Shown: positions 19,085 through 29,370, counted from the whole stretch's first letter. The stretch is 63,945 bases of DNA, filler included, from Aduncisulcus paluster (GCA_024181965.1; 12 parts of 12 records of this genome joined end to end with filler, not necessarily neighbours in it); one strand, 5' to 3'. Notes: generated by a model from the letters alone, not told the origin. Numbers and translations are program-made.

Positions 19085-20728
19085 ATGTTTTTATCCCAAT
19101 CTTTCAAAAATATCTCCACGTGTGTTATTCTTCTAAATTTTTTATTCCTTCCGGCATTAATCCTCTCATTAGCCTATTGTAGTTCGATTGATGAGGGTAT
19201 TACTTTTGATTATGGCTATGATGGCTATATTGATGAGTTGCGTGAAAAAGAGATGCCTCATCTTAACAATGAGACTTATTTAGATTATACCGGAAGTGGA
19301 TTATATACTCAAGCTCAAATTGATGCGTTTTATTCCCTTTTGCAAAGCAATCTTTATTGTAATGCCCACTCTCGTGCCCCGTGCTCTATTCGAACTGAAA
19401 AGGAGGTTAATGAGGCCCGTGATCTCATATTATCTTTCTTTAATACATCTTCCTCCGAATATTCTGTTGTTTTCACGAGTGGTGCCACCCAAGGTCTTAA
19501 AATGATTGGAGAGTACTTCCCTTGGACTGAGGAGAGTGCTTTCGTGTACACAACACATAATCATAACAGTGTACTGGGAATGAGGAAGTATGCTAAGCGT
19601 GCGGGTGGAATATTCAAGGCTTTTGAACAATCTGAGCTCGAGGAAATCTTATCTGAATTCCAAGACTCTGTGCAGATTAATACTGAAGAAGTTGATCCTT
19701 TTGGTGATGATTTTGGTGGATTCTCTGGGTTTTCTGGCAATACTTGGACATGGGGTGACAAAGGCGACAACCCTGCTCATTTGTTTGCTTTCCCAGCTGA
19801 ATGTAACTTTTCTGGCATCAAATACCCTCTAGACTGGATTAATGAGATTAAACGGGGAGATATGGGTGCTGCTTTGAATGCTAAGCTGGCCCAATACGAT
19901 GGTATTGACCGCTCTGATGGGGAATGGTTTGTTGCTCTCGATGCTGCCGCTTTTGTGCCCACAAATCGTCTCGATCTCTCCCTTACTCCTGCTGATTTCG
20001 TTGTAATGTCGTTTTATAAGATGTTTGGATTCCCCACTGGTCTTGGAGCTCTTCTAGTTCGTCATGATGTTGCCGAGCGTCTACAAAAACCTTACTTTGG
20101 CGGTGGGTCAGTCAGCATTGTTGGCTGTCGTGAAGATTTTTGTCAGGAGAAACCACGACCCAGTGATCGTTTGGAAGATGGAACTGTGGGGTTTTTGAAT
20201 ATTATCGCTCTCAAAGAGGGATTTAAACTGATTAATGAAACCCTTGGGGGTATTGAAAACATTGAACAGCATGTTTCTGCTGTCACTCAGTATGCTTTTG
20301 AGAGGCTTTCTTCTCTAAAGCATGAGAATGGTAACAATGTCGTTGAAATTTATGGTAACCATGAAAAACAATGGATTAATGGGGAATATGGTGTTCAAGG
20401 TGGCATTTTGAGTCTCAGTGTTCACCGTCCTGATGGATCTTTCGTTGGTTATTACACTGTTCAGGAGAAATCAGCCCAGCATCGAATCCATCTACGCACA
20501 GGAATGGTATGCAATCCTGGTGCCTGTTACTCTTTGTTAGGACTCGATGAGACACTTGTGTGTGAGATGGCTGCAGAGAAAGAAAGCTGTGGGGATGACA
20601 TTGACATGGTTAACGGGATGCCTCTGGGCAGTGTACGAGTCAGCTTCGGATTTGCATCCACAAAGAATGATGTCGATAGATTAGTTGAGTTTATCAGGCA
20701 AGAATTCATGGAAGAGTCAAGCTTATGA
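19085..20728 (+). CDS. Molybdenum cofactor sulfurase-like PLP enzyme (NifS-like domain only) with N-terminal hydrophobic leader
   Basis: YLDYTGSG, FTSGAT, NHNSVLGMR, CNFSG, DAAAF, SFYKMFGFPTGLGAL (PLP Lys), LRTGMVCNPGAC (catalytic Cys), VRVSFG; no MOSC domain. Confidence 0.88.
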   Translation: MFLSQSFKNISTCVILLNFLFLPALILSLAYCSSIDEGITFDYGYDGYIDELREKEMPHLNNETYLDYTGSGLYTQAQIDAFYSLLQSNLYCNAHSRAPCSIRTEKEVNEARDLILSFFNTSSSEYSVVFTSGATQGLKMIGEYFPWTEESAFVYTTHNHNSVLGMRKYAKRAGGIFKAFEQSELEEILSEFQDSVQINTEEVDPFGDDFGGFSGFSGNTWTWGDKGDNPAHLFAFPAECNFSGIKYPLDWINEIKRGDMGAALNAKLAQYDGIDRSDGEWFVALDAAAFVPTNRLDLSLTPADFVVMSFYKMFGFPTGLGALLVRHDVAERLQKPYFGGGSVSIVGCREDFCQEKPRPSDRLEDGTVGFLNIIALKEGFKLINETLGGIENIEQHVSAVTQYAFERLSSLKHENGNNVVEIYGNHEKQWINGEYGVQGGILSLSVHRPDGSFVGYYTVQEKSAQHRIHLRTGMVCNPGACYSLLGLDETLVCEMAAEKESCGDDIDMVNGMPLGSVRVSFGFASTKNDVDRLVEFIRQEFMEESSL

Positions 20729-21771
20729 TAAACATATATAGATGGCTTTTGAGCCTTGTATATCCAGAACTCTCTTCTCTTCACTCCTTTCCTTCTCTTC
20801 TTCTTTCCTTTTTTTTTCTCTATTCCACCGCCAATAACCTTAATAATATAATAATAAATCCCACCACACCCTATGATGCCAATCAATATTTAGACTTTTG
20901 GCATTGCCCTGTGGTGGGATTTAATAGTTTAATAGAAAAAGAAAGTCTCCTTTTCTCATTCAAATTTTTTTCTATAATTAGAAACGAGGACCTTGACAGG
21001 ATCATCAAGGTCCTCAAATTTTGGATTCCATTTCTTTTATCATATGTCCCTTCTTCATTGCCTTTCTTCGCATTTCCAACATCTTGGTTTCTTCCTCTTC
21101 TGCTTTGATAATCGTCGAACGCGATACAATGTCCATCATAGTTTCTATATCTTTCTGAGCTGATTGCTAATGCAAGATCGGGGATTTGGTCACTGGAAGA
21201 GAGAGGGAAGGACCAACGAAAACGTTGCCGCACGCCCGAAAAAAATGGATGGGATATACGGTGGAGTCATCTGTTACTATCATTGGGCTATTTCTCCTCT
21301 TCTTCTCAACTCGTTTCCAAAGTATAAGTGACATCTAAAACACTGGAACCTACTTTAATGGCTTCTGCGCATCTCTTCTGCACCTGCAAGTAATAGCCAA
21401 ACAAACATATGTTGGACTTTCATATCCTTCTTGTAACTCAACAATATCTTTGGTAAGTGTGGCCAAAGAAGCAAGCGATGAGCCTTCATTGTTCTCCCAA
21501 CTTCGTTCTGAGTTCTCTTGGAATATTTTCCACACAACATTGTAGGGATATGGCCTTGATATTGCCTGTGAGTGCTACCCCATCAATGAATGCCNNNNNN
21601 NNNNNNNNNNNNNNNNNNNNNNNNNNNNNNNNNNNNNNTTAATTAATTAANNNNNNNNNNNNNNNNNNNNNNNNNNNNNNNNNNNNNNNNNNNNTACCAC
21701 CATACTACGGAGATCAACAATTATTTCTTGTTTTATAATAATAAAATTATTTATTTCATAGCCGATATCGG

Positions 21772-21915
21772 TGTTGCATATTACCAAGACCTGTTGCATA
21801 AAAACAGGACCTGTTGCACAACAATCGGGTTGTTGCAAAACAATCCTATTGTTGCAAGATAATGCATGTTGTTCATCTACAACACCTTTTGTTTTGCAAC
21901 AATCGTATTGTTGCT
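21772..21915 (+). repeat. Phased TGTTGCA motif array (19-20-nt period)
   Basis: TGTTGCA at 21772, 21792, 21812, 21831, 21850; degenerate copies at 21867 and 21909; inverted copy at 21895. Confidence 0.85.
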
Positions 21916-22372
21916 AGAAAATAAAGAAAGTCTGTTTATTACCTTATAGTTGCACAATCCGCGTAATAAAAGAGATTAATGAATATTATCTAATATTCCA
22001 AAAGATATCTTGGATAATTTATATGTTCAACAATATTATTAAAATTATTCAGTTATAAGTAATTAACCGGAACAAAAGGAATATCAGAAGGCCCATCAAA
22101 TTGTTCGTGATCCTATTTTTACAGAACGAAGGAAATCCACAATTCACAAAATATTTTTATTATTAAATCTATAATTAAATAATTATTTTAATGCTGTTTT
22201 ATATATTTTTATTTGCTAACTCGTGTTTTCAAAAAATAGAAATGCTTGGTAGGAGCTTTGATGCATTACTGTTTTCTTATTATGCAAGTGTTCCATCCAT
22301 ATTGTAAGAGATTAGAGAATGATTGATTAGAAATAACCTTATATAGGAAGAAAGAAGAAGAAGAATGGGAAA

Positions 22373-22687
22373 ATGAGAGAACAAACTCTCATCAAGGAGA
22401 TAAACAAGCTCAATGATAAAATCCCAATGGTAAAGGATGACTCGCTGGAAGGATATGAACTCCGATTTAAGCAGCTCCTTTACCATTGGGATTCACTTTC
22501 AGAATTATGGGAAGCTTCCGTATTTAGACGCCATAGATTTGGCAACAGGGAGGCTTTAATAACTGCCTCTTCAAAAAGAGAACTTAAAAGTACAGCCGAA
22601 AAGATGTTTTCTAAAAAATATAGGATCAATTTTGAAGGATCTAGAGGTAAATTTCAATACCACAAAAAGAAGGTGTTGTCGCCTTGA
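22373..22687 (+). pseudogene. Chimeric fragment: Fanzor mid-region (after RuvC-I) fused to a MULE-like N-terminal segment
   Basis: KIPMVKDDSLEGYELRFKQLLYHWDSLSELWEASVFRRHRFGN resembles the Fanzor1 helical insert. The following SSKRELK…KYRINFEGSRGKF aligns by eye with SNRKDF…KMRISYYQGCKGKF at 24124..24306. Confidence 0.5.
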
Positions 22688-22811
22688 CCACGGAAGATCG
22701 GATTGAAAGTTTGTGTTGGAGTGAAGTGAGAGATGTGGCCATTGTTGCAGGGATTGGATCTGAAAGAGGATAGCATGTCCCACTTAGATGTTAAATCTAT
22801 TTCAAGCAACG

Positions 22812-23098
22812 TTAACGCATAAATTATGTGTGGCCAAGACTTTTCCGGCCGATATTACGGAAAAAAATGAGAAAGTACAGTTACAAAACATGTAAATATC
22901 ATAACCCGTTCCTTGAAACTGTTTTCTACTTATGCGGGGACAGTTCCACCGGCCTTAACCCATAAATTAAGTGTGGGAAAAAAATTTCCGAGCGAAATTG
23001 TAAGGAAAATAAGGGAACTAGCTCTTACAGCGACAAAACATATTTCAATTACGACCCGTTTCTTAAAACTGTTTGTAAGTTATGTGGGGACAGTCCCA
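22812..23098 (+). repeat. Diverged tandem duplication, 2 x ~143 nt
   Basis: Units 22812-22954 (LTHKLCVAKTFP…, frameshifted, …LKLFSTYAGTVP) and 22955-23098 (LTHKLSVGKKFP…LKLFVSYVGTVP). Confidence 0.8.
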
Positions 23099-23776
23099 AT
23101 CAAGGTTTTTTTTTTTTTGCCAATATGTGTTTTTGGCAGCCTGGGACTGTCTCCGCCACAAGCCAATTAGAAAAGCTTATCAATCGACCCCACCGGAAGT
23201 GGAAGAGCTGGTCCAACGTTTTCCTTCATTTTTGGTAATTATTCGAAAAAACTTAAGGTAGCACAAAAAGTCCAGAAGAAAATCGCCAAATTTTCTAAAA
23301 TGCACGGTAGTACCCCAATACTGTGTGTAGGGGATGGGAAATTCCCGGCTAGCGGGAAGAGACACTGCGGGTCTCCCTATATATGGATACTTAAGTATTT
23401 AAGAACAAAATTTAAATCCATTGAAATTCCTGAATTTCGAACAAGTCTGTTGTCATTCTGTTGCTGGGCAGAACACGACCCGGTGGTTCGCAAAGGAAAT
23501 ACAAAATTAAAGCGCCAAAGAAGGTGCCTGTCTGTGACCCACAGAGATATTTCAGCAGCTATTAATATTGCCTATTTGGCAAAATTCAAGCTCCTGGGAA
23601 AATGGGATCAAATGCCTTCTCAATTTCATGTCGGACATGGTCGCGCACTTTGGTCCCATCCAAGAAATGAGCTCCTCCTGTTGTTCAAGGCAATTATGGC
23701 ACAATTGAATAAATGGAGGGATGGCTTTAAGAGCACGCTCCATGTCATTGCAACATCCACACATGCATTTTCATAA
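22913..23776 (+). pseudogene. Fanzor/TnpB-like RuvC nuclease, internally deleted; one in-frame TAG at 23168-23170
   Basis: One frame holds SIDP (RuvC-I D, 23186), ILCVGDGKF, IPEFRTS (rearranged RuvC-II E, 23432), a degenerate Cys region and HRDISAAINI (RuvC-III D, 23546). Confidence 0.8.
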
Positions 23777-24123
23777 AAATTGGGGACCCATGCAATTAGA
23801 CGAATCAGGAGATCATGCCGAGAGAAGGCAACGGTAAACAAAATAATTGTCCAGACTGATATAATCAAGCTTCATTGTATTCAACACAAATCTATGGTGC
23901 AAAGTGTCATTCCTTTGGTTTTTAAACCGAGCCGACTCAATTCATTGGAAAAATCTTATCGGATGTCACTATTGATGTCCTAGCCGGGGATAGTTCTCTT
24001 CCTCTTATCTATTTTTAGCCCTTGAGAAACTCACCAAGTAGAGGCTAATAATAATATTACATACAGAGTGGGGCCAACCAAAATCCATATCGAGTGTGAA
24101 CAAAAAGAAAACCCATCCAAGAA

Positions 24124-24658
24124 ATGTTAGAAAGGAGAGTCCAGGATATTCGAGGCCATGCTGAGTCAAATCGGAAAGATTTCGCCAAATACTTGAGAGA
24201 ACAGCTTAATATTAAAATGAGAATTAGCTATTATCAAGGATGCAAAGGAAAATTTGACTCCCTGATCCTCTTCAATGAGGCAAGGTATGAAATGCATAAG
24301 CGTTGAGTTTGAGCGGGTGCTGGATGACGATCTGCTCCTGGTCGTATTGATTGAAGGAACATACTCCACTATCAGGAGTGGTCAAATCCTGTACCCAATT
24401 ACTAGTGTAGCATCGACTGGGACTAATCTCCTTATTGGATTTATCGTGTGCAATTCGAGAGGGGAGAGGAAAGAAGGACTGAGAGTTGTTCTACTACTTG
24501 GAATGGACATCCTATATCGAAAGAGAGTACGTTTCAATGCTGTCATCACGGATGAAAGTCCGACTCTCACGGATCTATTTGGAGAAAGAACTGAGCACGC
24601 CTTTCTGAGAATGCAAGTAACGAAATTGAATGGATCAACGATTGAGTTAGATTTTTAA
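24124..24658 (+). mobile_element. MULE/Mutator transposase fragments (frameshifted, truncated)
   Basis: VVLIEGTYST…LYPITSV…GTNLLIGFIV…E…E…VITDES fits the MULE DDE-domain pattern DGTY…L…G…E..E…IITD. The first D is replaced by E and the CxxH motif is missing. Confidence 0.72.
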
Positions 24659-25334
24659 GAATGTATGTCTTGCCCACCCACCCACCCTGCATACATACAT
24701 AACATGAATTGATACAGTTGATCACAAACCATACTATATTTTACAGCTCCACCACTGTAAAAGAGAACACTTTCATGACGTGCTATGATCCCATAGCCGG
24801 ACGGGTCCCAAGCTGCCAGTGATAAGTGGATCTATCACCCAATCCACGACAACTCCAATGTCATCAAATGTTACTTCGCTTTCGAAATCCATTAATTAGA
24901 AAGAACTCCAATGAACAAATGGATGGTCGCCCTTGGTTTTCCTTTTTTCATTCAGTATCGTGATTGATAATAATTTAAGTAAAAGTCAAGTGAGTGATTC
25001 AACCATATTGTTATCTCGGTTTGGAGCTCATTGTATCCCATGGCAGTGTTCCAATACAGTATATTGTAGTACATTATCTAGGATATTTCTTTATTATTAA
25101 TAATTTCAAAATAACCCCGCAATTCGGAAAATCCACAAATAATATGGATGGCAGTCAGAACCAAAACACAACATGAAATGAACAAAAAAAATGCAGGAAA
25201 GTATAAACATTAGCGTCCGTCTCGAGATCATCAATTTAATTGTTATATTCTGATACACAATATGTATCCGAAACAATAATACAATAATATTATGATCGAC
25301 AAAGACCATGATCTAAATAGAAAGTTACTCTTCA

Positions 25335-27152
25335 TTAAAACCCACCCATGCCTCCCATTCCAGATGTTGGGAATCCCATACCACCTTGAGGCATACCACC
25401 AGGGAAACCCATACCACCTTGAGGCATACCACCAGGGAAACCCATACCACCCTGAGGAGCTCCAGTGGGGAAACCCATACCGCCTTGAGGAGCTCCAGTG
25501 GGGAAACCCATACCGCCTTGAGGGACACCAGAGGGGAATCCTTGTGGAGAACCATATCCCATACCACCGACAGGCATACCACCCATTCCAGGTTGTCCCA
25601 TGCCGCCCATTCCACCCATTCCGCCCATTCCAGGCTGACCCATTCCACCCATTCCACCCATTCCTCCTGGCATTCCACCCATAGATGACTCCGGATAAGG
25701 CAATCCATCTCTTTCAGGAGGATCCATACGCACCATTTTGTTGTGAATCCTGCTCCATCTCCTTACGTCAGAGTTTGAACTGGCGATCCAGACCTCTCCC
25801 TGTCCGGCAGCAACATCCAAGACACTGCATCGGGCATCGATATCCTGCCATCCCATGGTGGAGAACTTGACAACTTTCTGTCTTTCATGGACAACATAAA
25901 TGTTCATAGCAGTGTCACAAGCAACTCGGACAGCCTTGTGAGCAGGTTTCGGGAGCTGCTGCCATTGGCTACCAGCCCATTTGTACACAAGACCTTCCTT
26001 ATTACAACAAACTACGGTACCATCTGGAGATGCAGCAATATCGACAGCTTTTCCTGGCATGGGCATCCATTTCCCATGAGCCCAGTGCATAATGTCTTCA
26101 GTTGGGGTGGTAATATACATCTTGTCCTTGGAAACAACAGCAATGGAGGCTGCCATTCCAGGGATTGGTTGAACAAGATCGCCCACAAAGCGTCTGATTG
26201 TCCCATCTTCGCCAACACCAACGATGGTGCCATCCATCCCGATATCAATGTCAATCACCTTCATGGCCTCAGAAATGTTGATGAAACGTTCAGTATGGTC
26301 GTATTTACGAGGGAGTTTGTTGTTCCATTTCAAATGAACGATTTTACCAGCTCCACCGCAACCAACACGATGAGCATAATGGAAACCAGAGGGGCGGTAA
26401 CCTGGGGGCTCAGGTTCGCGGATGTTTTGAGTTTTAAACTTGAAAACCTTCCCATCTTTTGACAATCCATACACATTGGTGCCTTTACCAGTCACTGAGG
26501 AGAGAGGAGGAACACCATCGACAAAGAAAGACTTCTCCTTGTTGTCAAGGTATTTTATAAGCTGACCACGCATGTTGATGTAGAAACCCTCGTGGCTGCT
26601 TGTCTTTGTGAGCCACATGGCTTTGCCTACGATGGAGGCAGGTTTCCATTTGGGAGAAGAAGCACTTCCTGTCATAATAAACAGATCGTTCTGTGCAGAG
26701 ATAGCCCACACATAGTTGGAACAAGAACATGAAACAAACTTCAAGGGGATTGGAGACCCAGAGGGACCTTTGGGACCCTCGACAGGTTTCCAAGCCTTGT
26801 CAAACTCTGTCCAGGAGAATAATTGACCAGTGGTATTCACACAAAACATTGTAGTTCTGTTGGCAAGGGAAACATGCATAATTTGAGCTCCGGGGAGCTG
26901 ATCCCAATTCTTATGGGTAGTATTCCACCTAAAGATCTGTTTAGAAGGGGAAATGGCAGCCACATATCCATCAGATCCAACGCTAAGCATCAAAGCTTGT
27001 CCAGGACGTTGTTCGAAAGTCTTGTGCATTGTAGAATATTGGAAAATATTGTTGGCAGCATCAATGGACCAAAGATAGGAAGAGGAGCTTGAAGCATACA
27101 AGGAACGGAACCGAAATCCCGGAAAAACTTGATCATACAATGGGGGGGTCAT
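25335..27152 (-). CDS. Tectonin-like double beta-propeller (lectin-like) with Gly/Met/Pro-rich tail
   Basis: Repeats WDQLPG, WMPMPG, WQQLP, DIAASPDGTV, VWAIS; C-terminal PQGGMGFP repeats. Confidence 0.75.
   Translation of the reverse strand: MTPPLYDQVFPGFRFRSLYASSSSSYLWSIDAANNIFQYSTMHKTFEQRPGQALMLSVGSDGYVAAISPSKQIFRWNTTHKNWDQLPGAQIMHVSLANRTTMFCVNTTGQLFSWTEFDKAWKPVEGPKGPSGSPIPLKFVSCSCSNYVWAISAQNDLFIMTGSASSPKWKPASIVGKAMWLTKTSSHEGFYINMRGQLIKYLDNKEKSFFVDGVPPLSSVTGKGTNVYGLSKDGKVFKFKTQNIREPEPPGYRPSGFHYAHRVGCGGAGKIVHLKWNNKLPRKYDHTERFINISEAMKVIDIDIGMDGTIVGVGEDGTIRRFVGDLVQPIPGMAASIAVVSKDKMYITTPTEDIMHWAHGKWMPMPGKAVDIAASPDGTVVCCNKEGLVYKWAGSQWQQLPKPAHKAVRVACDTAMNIYVVHERQKVVKFSTMGWQDIDARCSVLDVAAGQGEVWIASSNSDVRRWSRIHNKMVRMDPPERDGLPYPESSMGGMPGGMGGMGGMGQPGMGGMGGMGGMGQPGMGGMPVGGMGYGSPQGFPSGVPQGGMGFPTGAPQGGMGFPTGAPQGGMGFPGGMPQGGMGFPGGMPQGGMGFPTSGMGGMGGF
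25374..25530 (-). repeat. Coding 33-nt tandem repeat (PQGGMGFPxG[A/M])
   Basis: Five near-identical units visible in both DNA and protein. Confidence 0.85.
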
Positions 27153-27516
27153 AATGTAACGAAAAAAAAAAAATATTGGCTGGAGCAGTTTTCTATTTTG
27201 TCGATCATAAGTTTGATTAGGAAATCTTTTTCGGTAATATTTCCCTGATATAATTCATTAAACAAAAAAAATATCAATTCATCTCCTCAATTAACATCGT
27301 AAATTATCAATTACATTTCTTCCACCGCAGAAGTGTGGCAATGATTATTATGAATAAAATAAGATAGAATAACTGCCCAAGGATTCCTAAAGCCATTTAT
27401 TTGTTTGTTTTTTTATTCACAACAGTCAACAGGAAAATTGTGGTCAACAACTTGTTAACAGGGATTTGAAATCCCCGCATCAAGTAGAAATAAAACAAAC
27501 CAAATAAGATAGCAAG

Positions 27517-28189
27517 AAAGAATGCAAATATCAAATATTTTTTCGATAGAGGTTCCCCCACTTTTCTCAGCCACCGCCGGTGGAAAGTTTGTGTATTTTT
27601 TTGTTTGTTTGTTTTTTTGGGAAAAAAATATATTAAAGAAATGTACAGTGCAACCACCGTACAGGGGGGACCCCCACGGATGGGGGTAAAAGGGGGGAAA
27701 TTTACTACATAGATTGGCAGAAAATAAAAGAATCAAGTTCATTGGGCAGATCAAGTTCTCTTCTTATGTTGTTTGAACTGTTCAGAGAGAGAGAGAGAAG
27801 AGAAAAGCTTGGATTTGACAGAAGAAAGGAAAGATCACGAATCAAGAATCATCATCCAAGAATAAGATGATGTGACACATAGATTGGGGAATAACATTGA
27901 TGTTATTGGTGTTATTGGTGTTATTGATGTGTTATTCGAGATTCAAATGAGTAAAGCGAGGGGCAGGTATGTCAAGTTGTATCATTTTCTCAATTATTTT
28001 CAGAGACAATGGGTGGAAACCAGGAGCAACGAACAGAACCAGAAAGTTGAGTGTTTTAAATTTATAGCAGTATTTTAGGGAGTAGTATGGCAAATAACAA
28101 ACGATATCATTGACACACAACAACAAACAATAACAAACAGCAACAAGCATTCGAAGGGGGAAATAATAGCATGGACATCGAGTTGCAAT
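27517..28189 (-). repeat. ~700-bp dispersed repeat, copy 2
   Basis: Reverse complement of 17800..18504 with indels; runs almost to the contig end. Confidence 0.9.
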
Positions 28190-28301
28190 TACTGTAATCC
28201 NNNNNNNNNNNNNNNNNNNNNNNNNNNNNNNNNNNNNNNNNNNNTTAATTAATTAANNNNNNNNNNNNNNNNNNNNNNNNNNNNNNNNNNNNNNNNNNNN
28301 T

Positions 28302-28940
28302 TCTGCAGCTATCACTCCGTCACATTCTTTTTCTCTCTCGGCGGCATCTTCTTCTCAGGCTCTAAATTTAGCGTACGTGTCTCCCACATTGGCTCCTTCT
28401 GATGCCTCTTCTGGCTCTCTCGGATATCATTCAACATACTCCTCAATGGCGTCTTCTTCTTCCTCCTCCTCTTCTTCTTCTTCCTCTTCTTCCTCTTCTT
28501 CTTCTGTTAATCCTCTCTCTCTGTTTCATCGTGATGGTTGTCTACCTCGTTCCACTGAGTGCTCATCCTCAATGGCAAGTTCATCCGCTGCGCATGACTC
28601 TCTGACTGCACAGGACTCTTTGTCATGGTTCTCACAATGTCCACCCTCATTGAATCCTCAACATTCTTCAGAGGACGTTCTCGTTGGAGGTCGGACATCT
28701 CCTTCTGTGTCATCGTCTGTATATTCATCCGTCACTCTTGGACAGCTTCCATCAATATCATTCGAACACATGCCCAGCTCTGCCATTGCTTCCTCCTCAT
28801 CAACTTTCTCATCTTCTTCTTCTTCCTCAACTTCTTCTTCAGGATCATTGATAGATCAGCGTGAGTCTGAGTGTGAATACCTTGGTTTCAAGACAAATCA
28901 AGATATGGGGACAAACGTGGGTGAAAAGGTGTTGAAATGA
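28302..28940 (+). CDS. 3' part of a Ser-rich low-complexity protein
   Basis: Frame open from the contig edge to TGA; poly-Ser tracts. Confidence 0.55.
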   Translation, partial: SAAITPSHSFSLSAASSSQALNLAYVSPTLAPSDASSGSLGYHSTYSSMASSSSSSSSSSSSSSSSSSVNPLSLFHRDGCLPRSTECSSSMASSSAAHDSLTAQDSLSWFSQCPPSLNPQHSSEDVLVGGRTSPSVSSSVYSSVTLGQLPSISFEHMPSSAIASSSSTFSSSSSSSTSSSGSLIDQRESECEYLGFKTNQDMGTNVGEKVLK

Positions 28941-29310
28941 TTTTGTTCATAATTTTATAGTACAATCGATTATCAGATGATAGAGTGATAGTTTTGCTTC
29001 AATCAGTATATAGTGTTTTTGTACCGACTACTGACATGTGTGGATAGGTGGATAGTGCAGTATCTTTAAAACATTTTACGATATGTATATTAATAATATA
29101 CACTTCAATCAAGATCAATTGTATATATTTTAGGTCATTACAGCTTACAACGTAGGTCAGTATTATATAAGTATAATGTGTAAGTTGTATGTTTTATACT
29201 TTTTCGTATAGAATATATATCTTTTTTCAATGGAGTATATCAGTATAACCCCACCATAGTATAGTATCTGGTCACAGATTGGTTCAGCCAGTCATTGAAC
29301 AGTCATATAA

Positions 29311-29370
29311 TAATACGTTATAATACATCATAATACATTATAATACGTTATAATACATCATAATACAGTA
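29311..29370 (+). repeat. 10-nt minisatellite x6 with 30-nt higher-order period
   Basis: taatacgtta taatacatca taatacatta taatacgtta taatacatca taatacagta. Confidence 0.9.

Noticed and set aside
21772..21915. CRISPR-like array
   Set aside because: Repeat is only 7 nt with ~12-nt spacers; no cas genes; eukaryotic context.
24803..24830. Twister ribozyme (GGTCCCAAGC loop-like)
   Set aside because: P4 pairs poorly and the required GAGGG and UAA elements are not found in any permutation.
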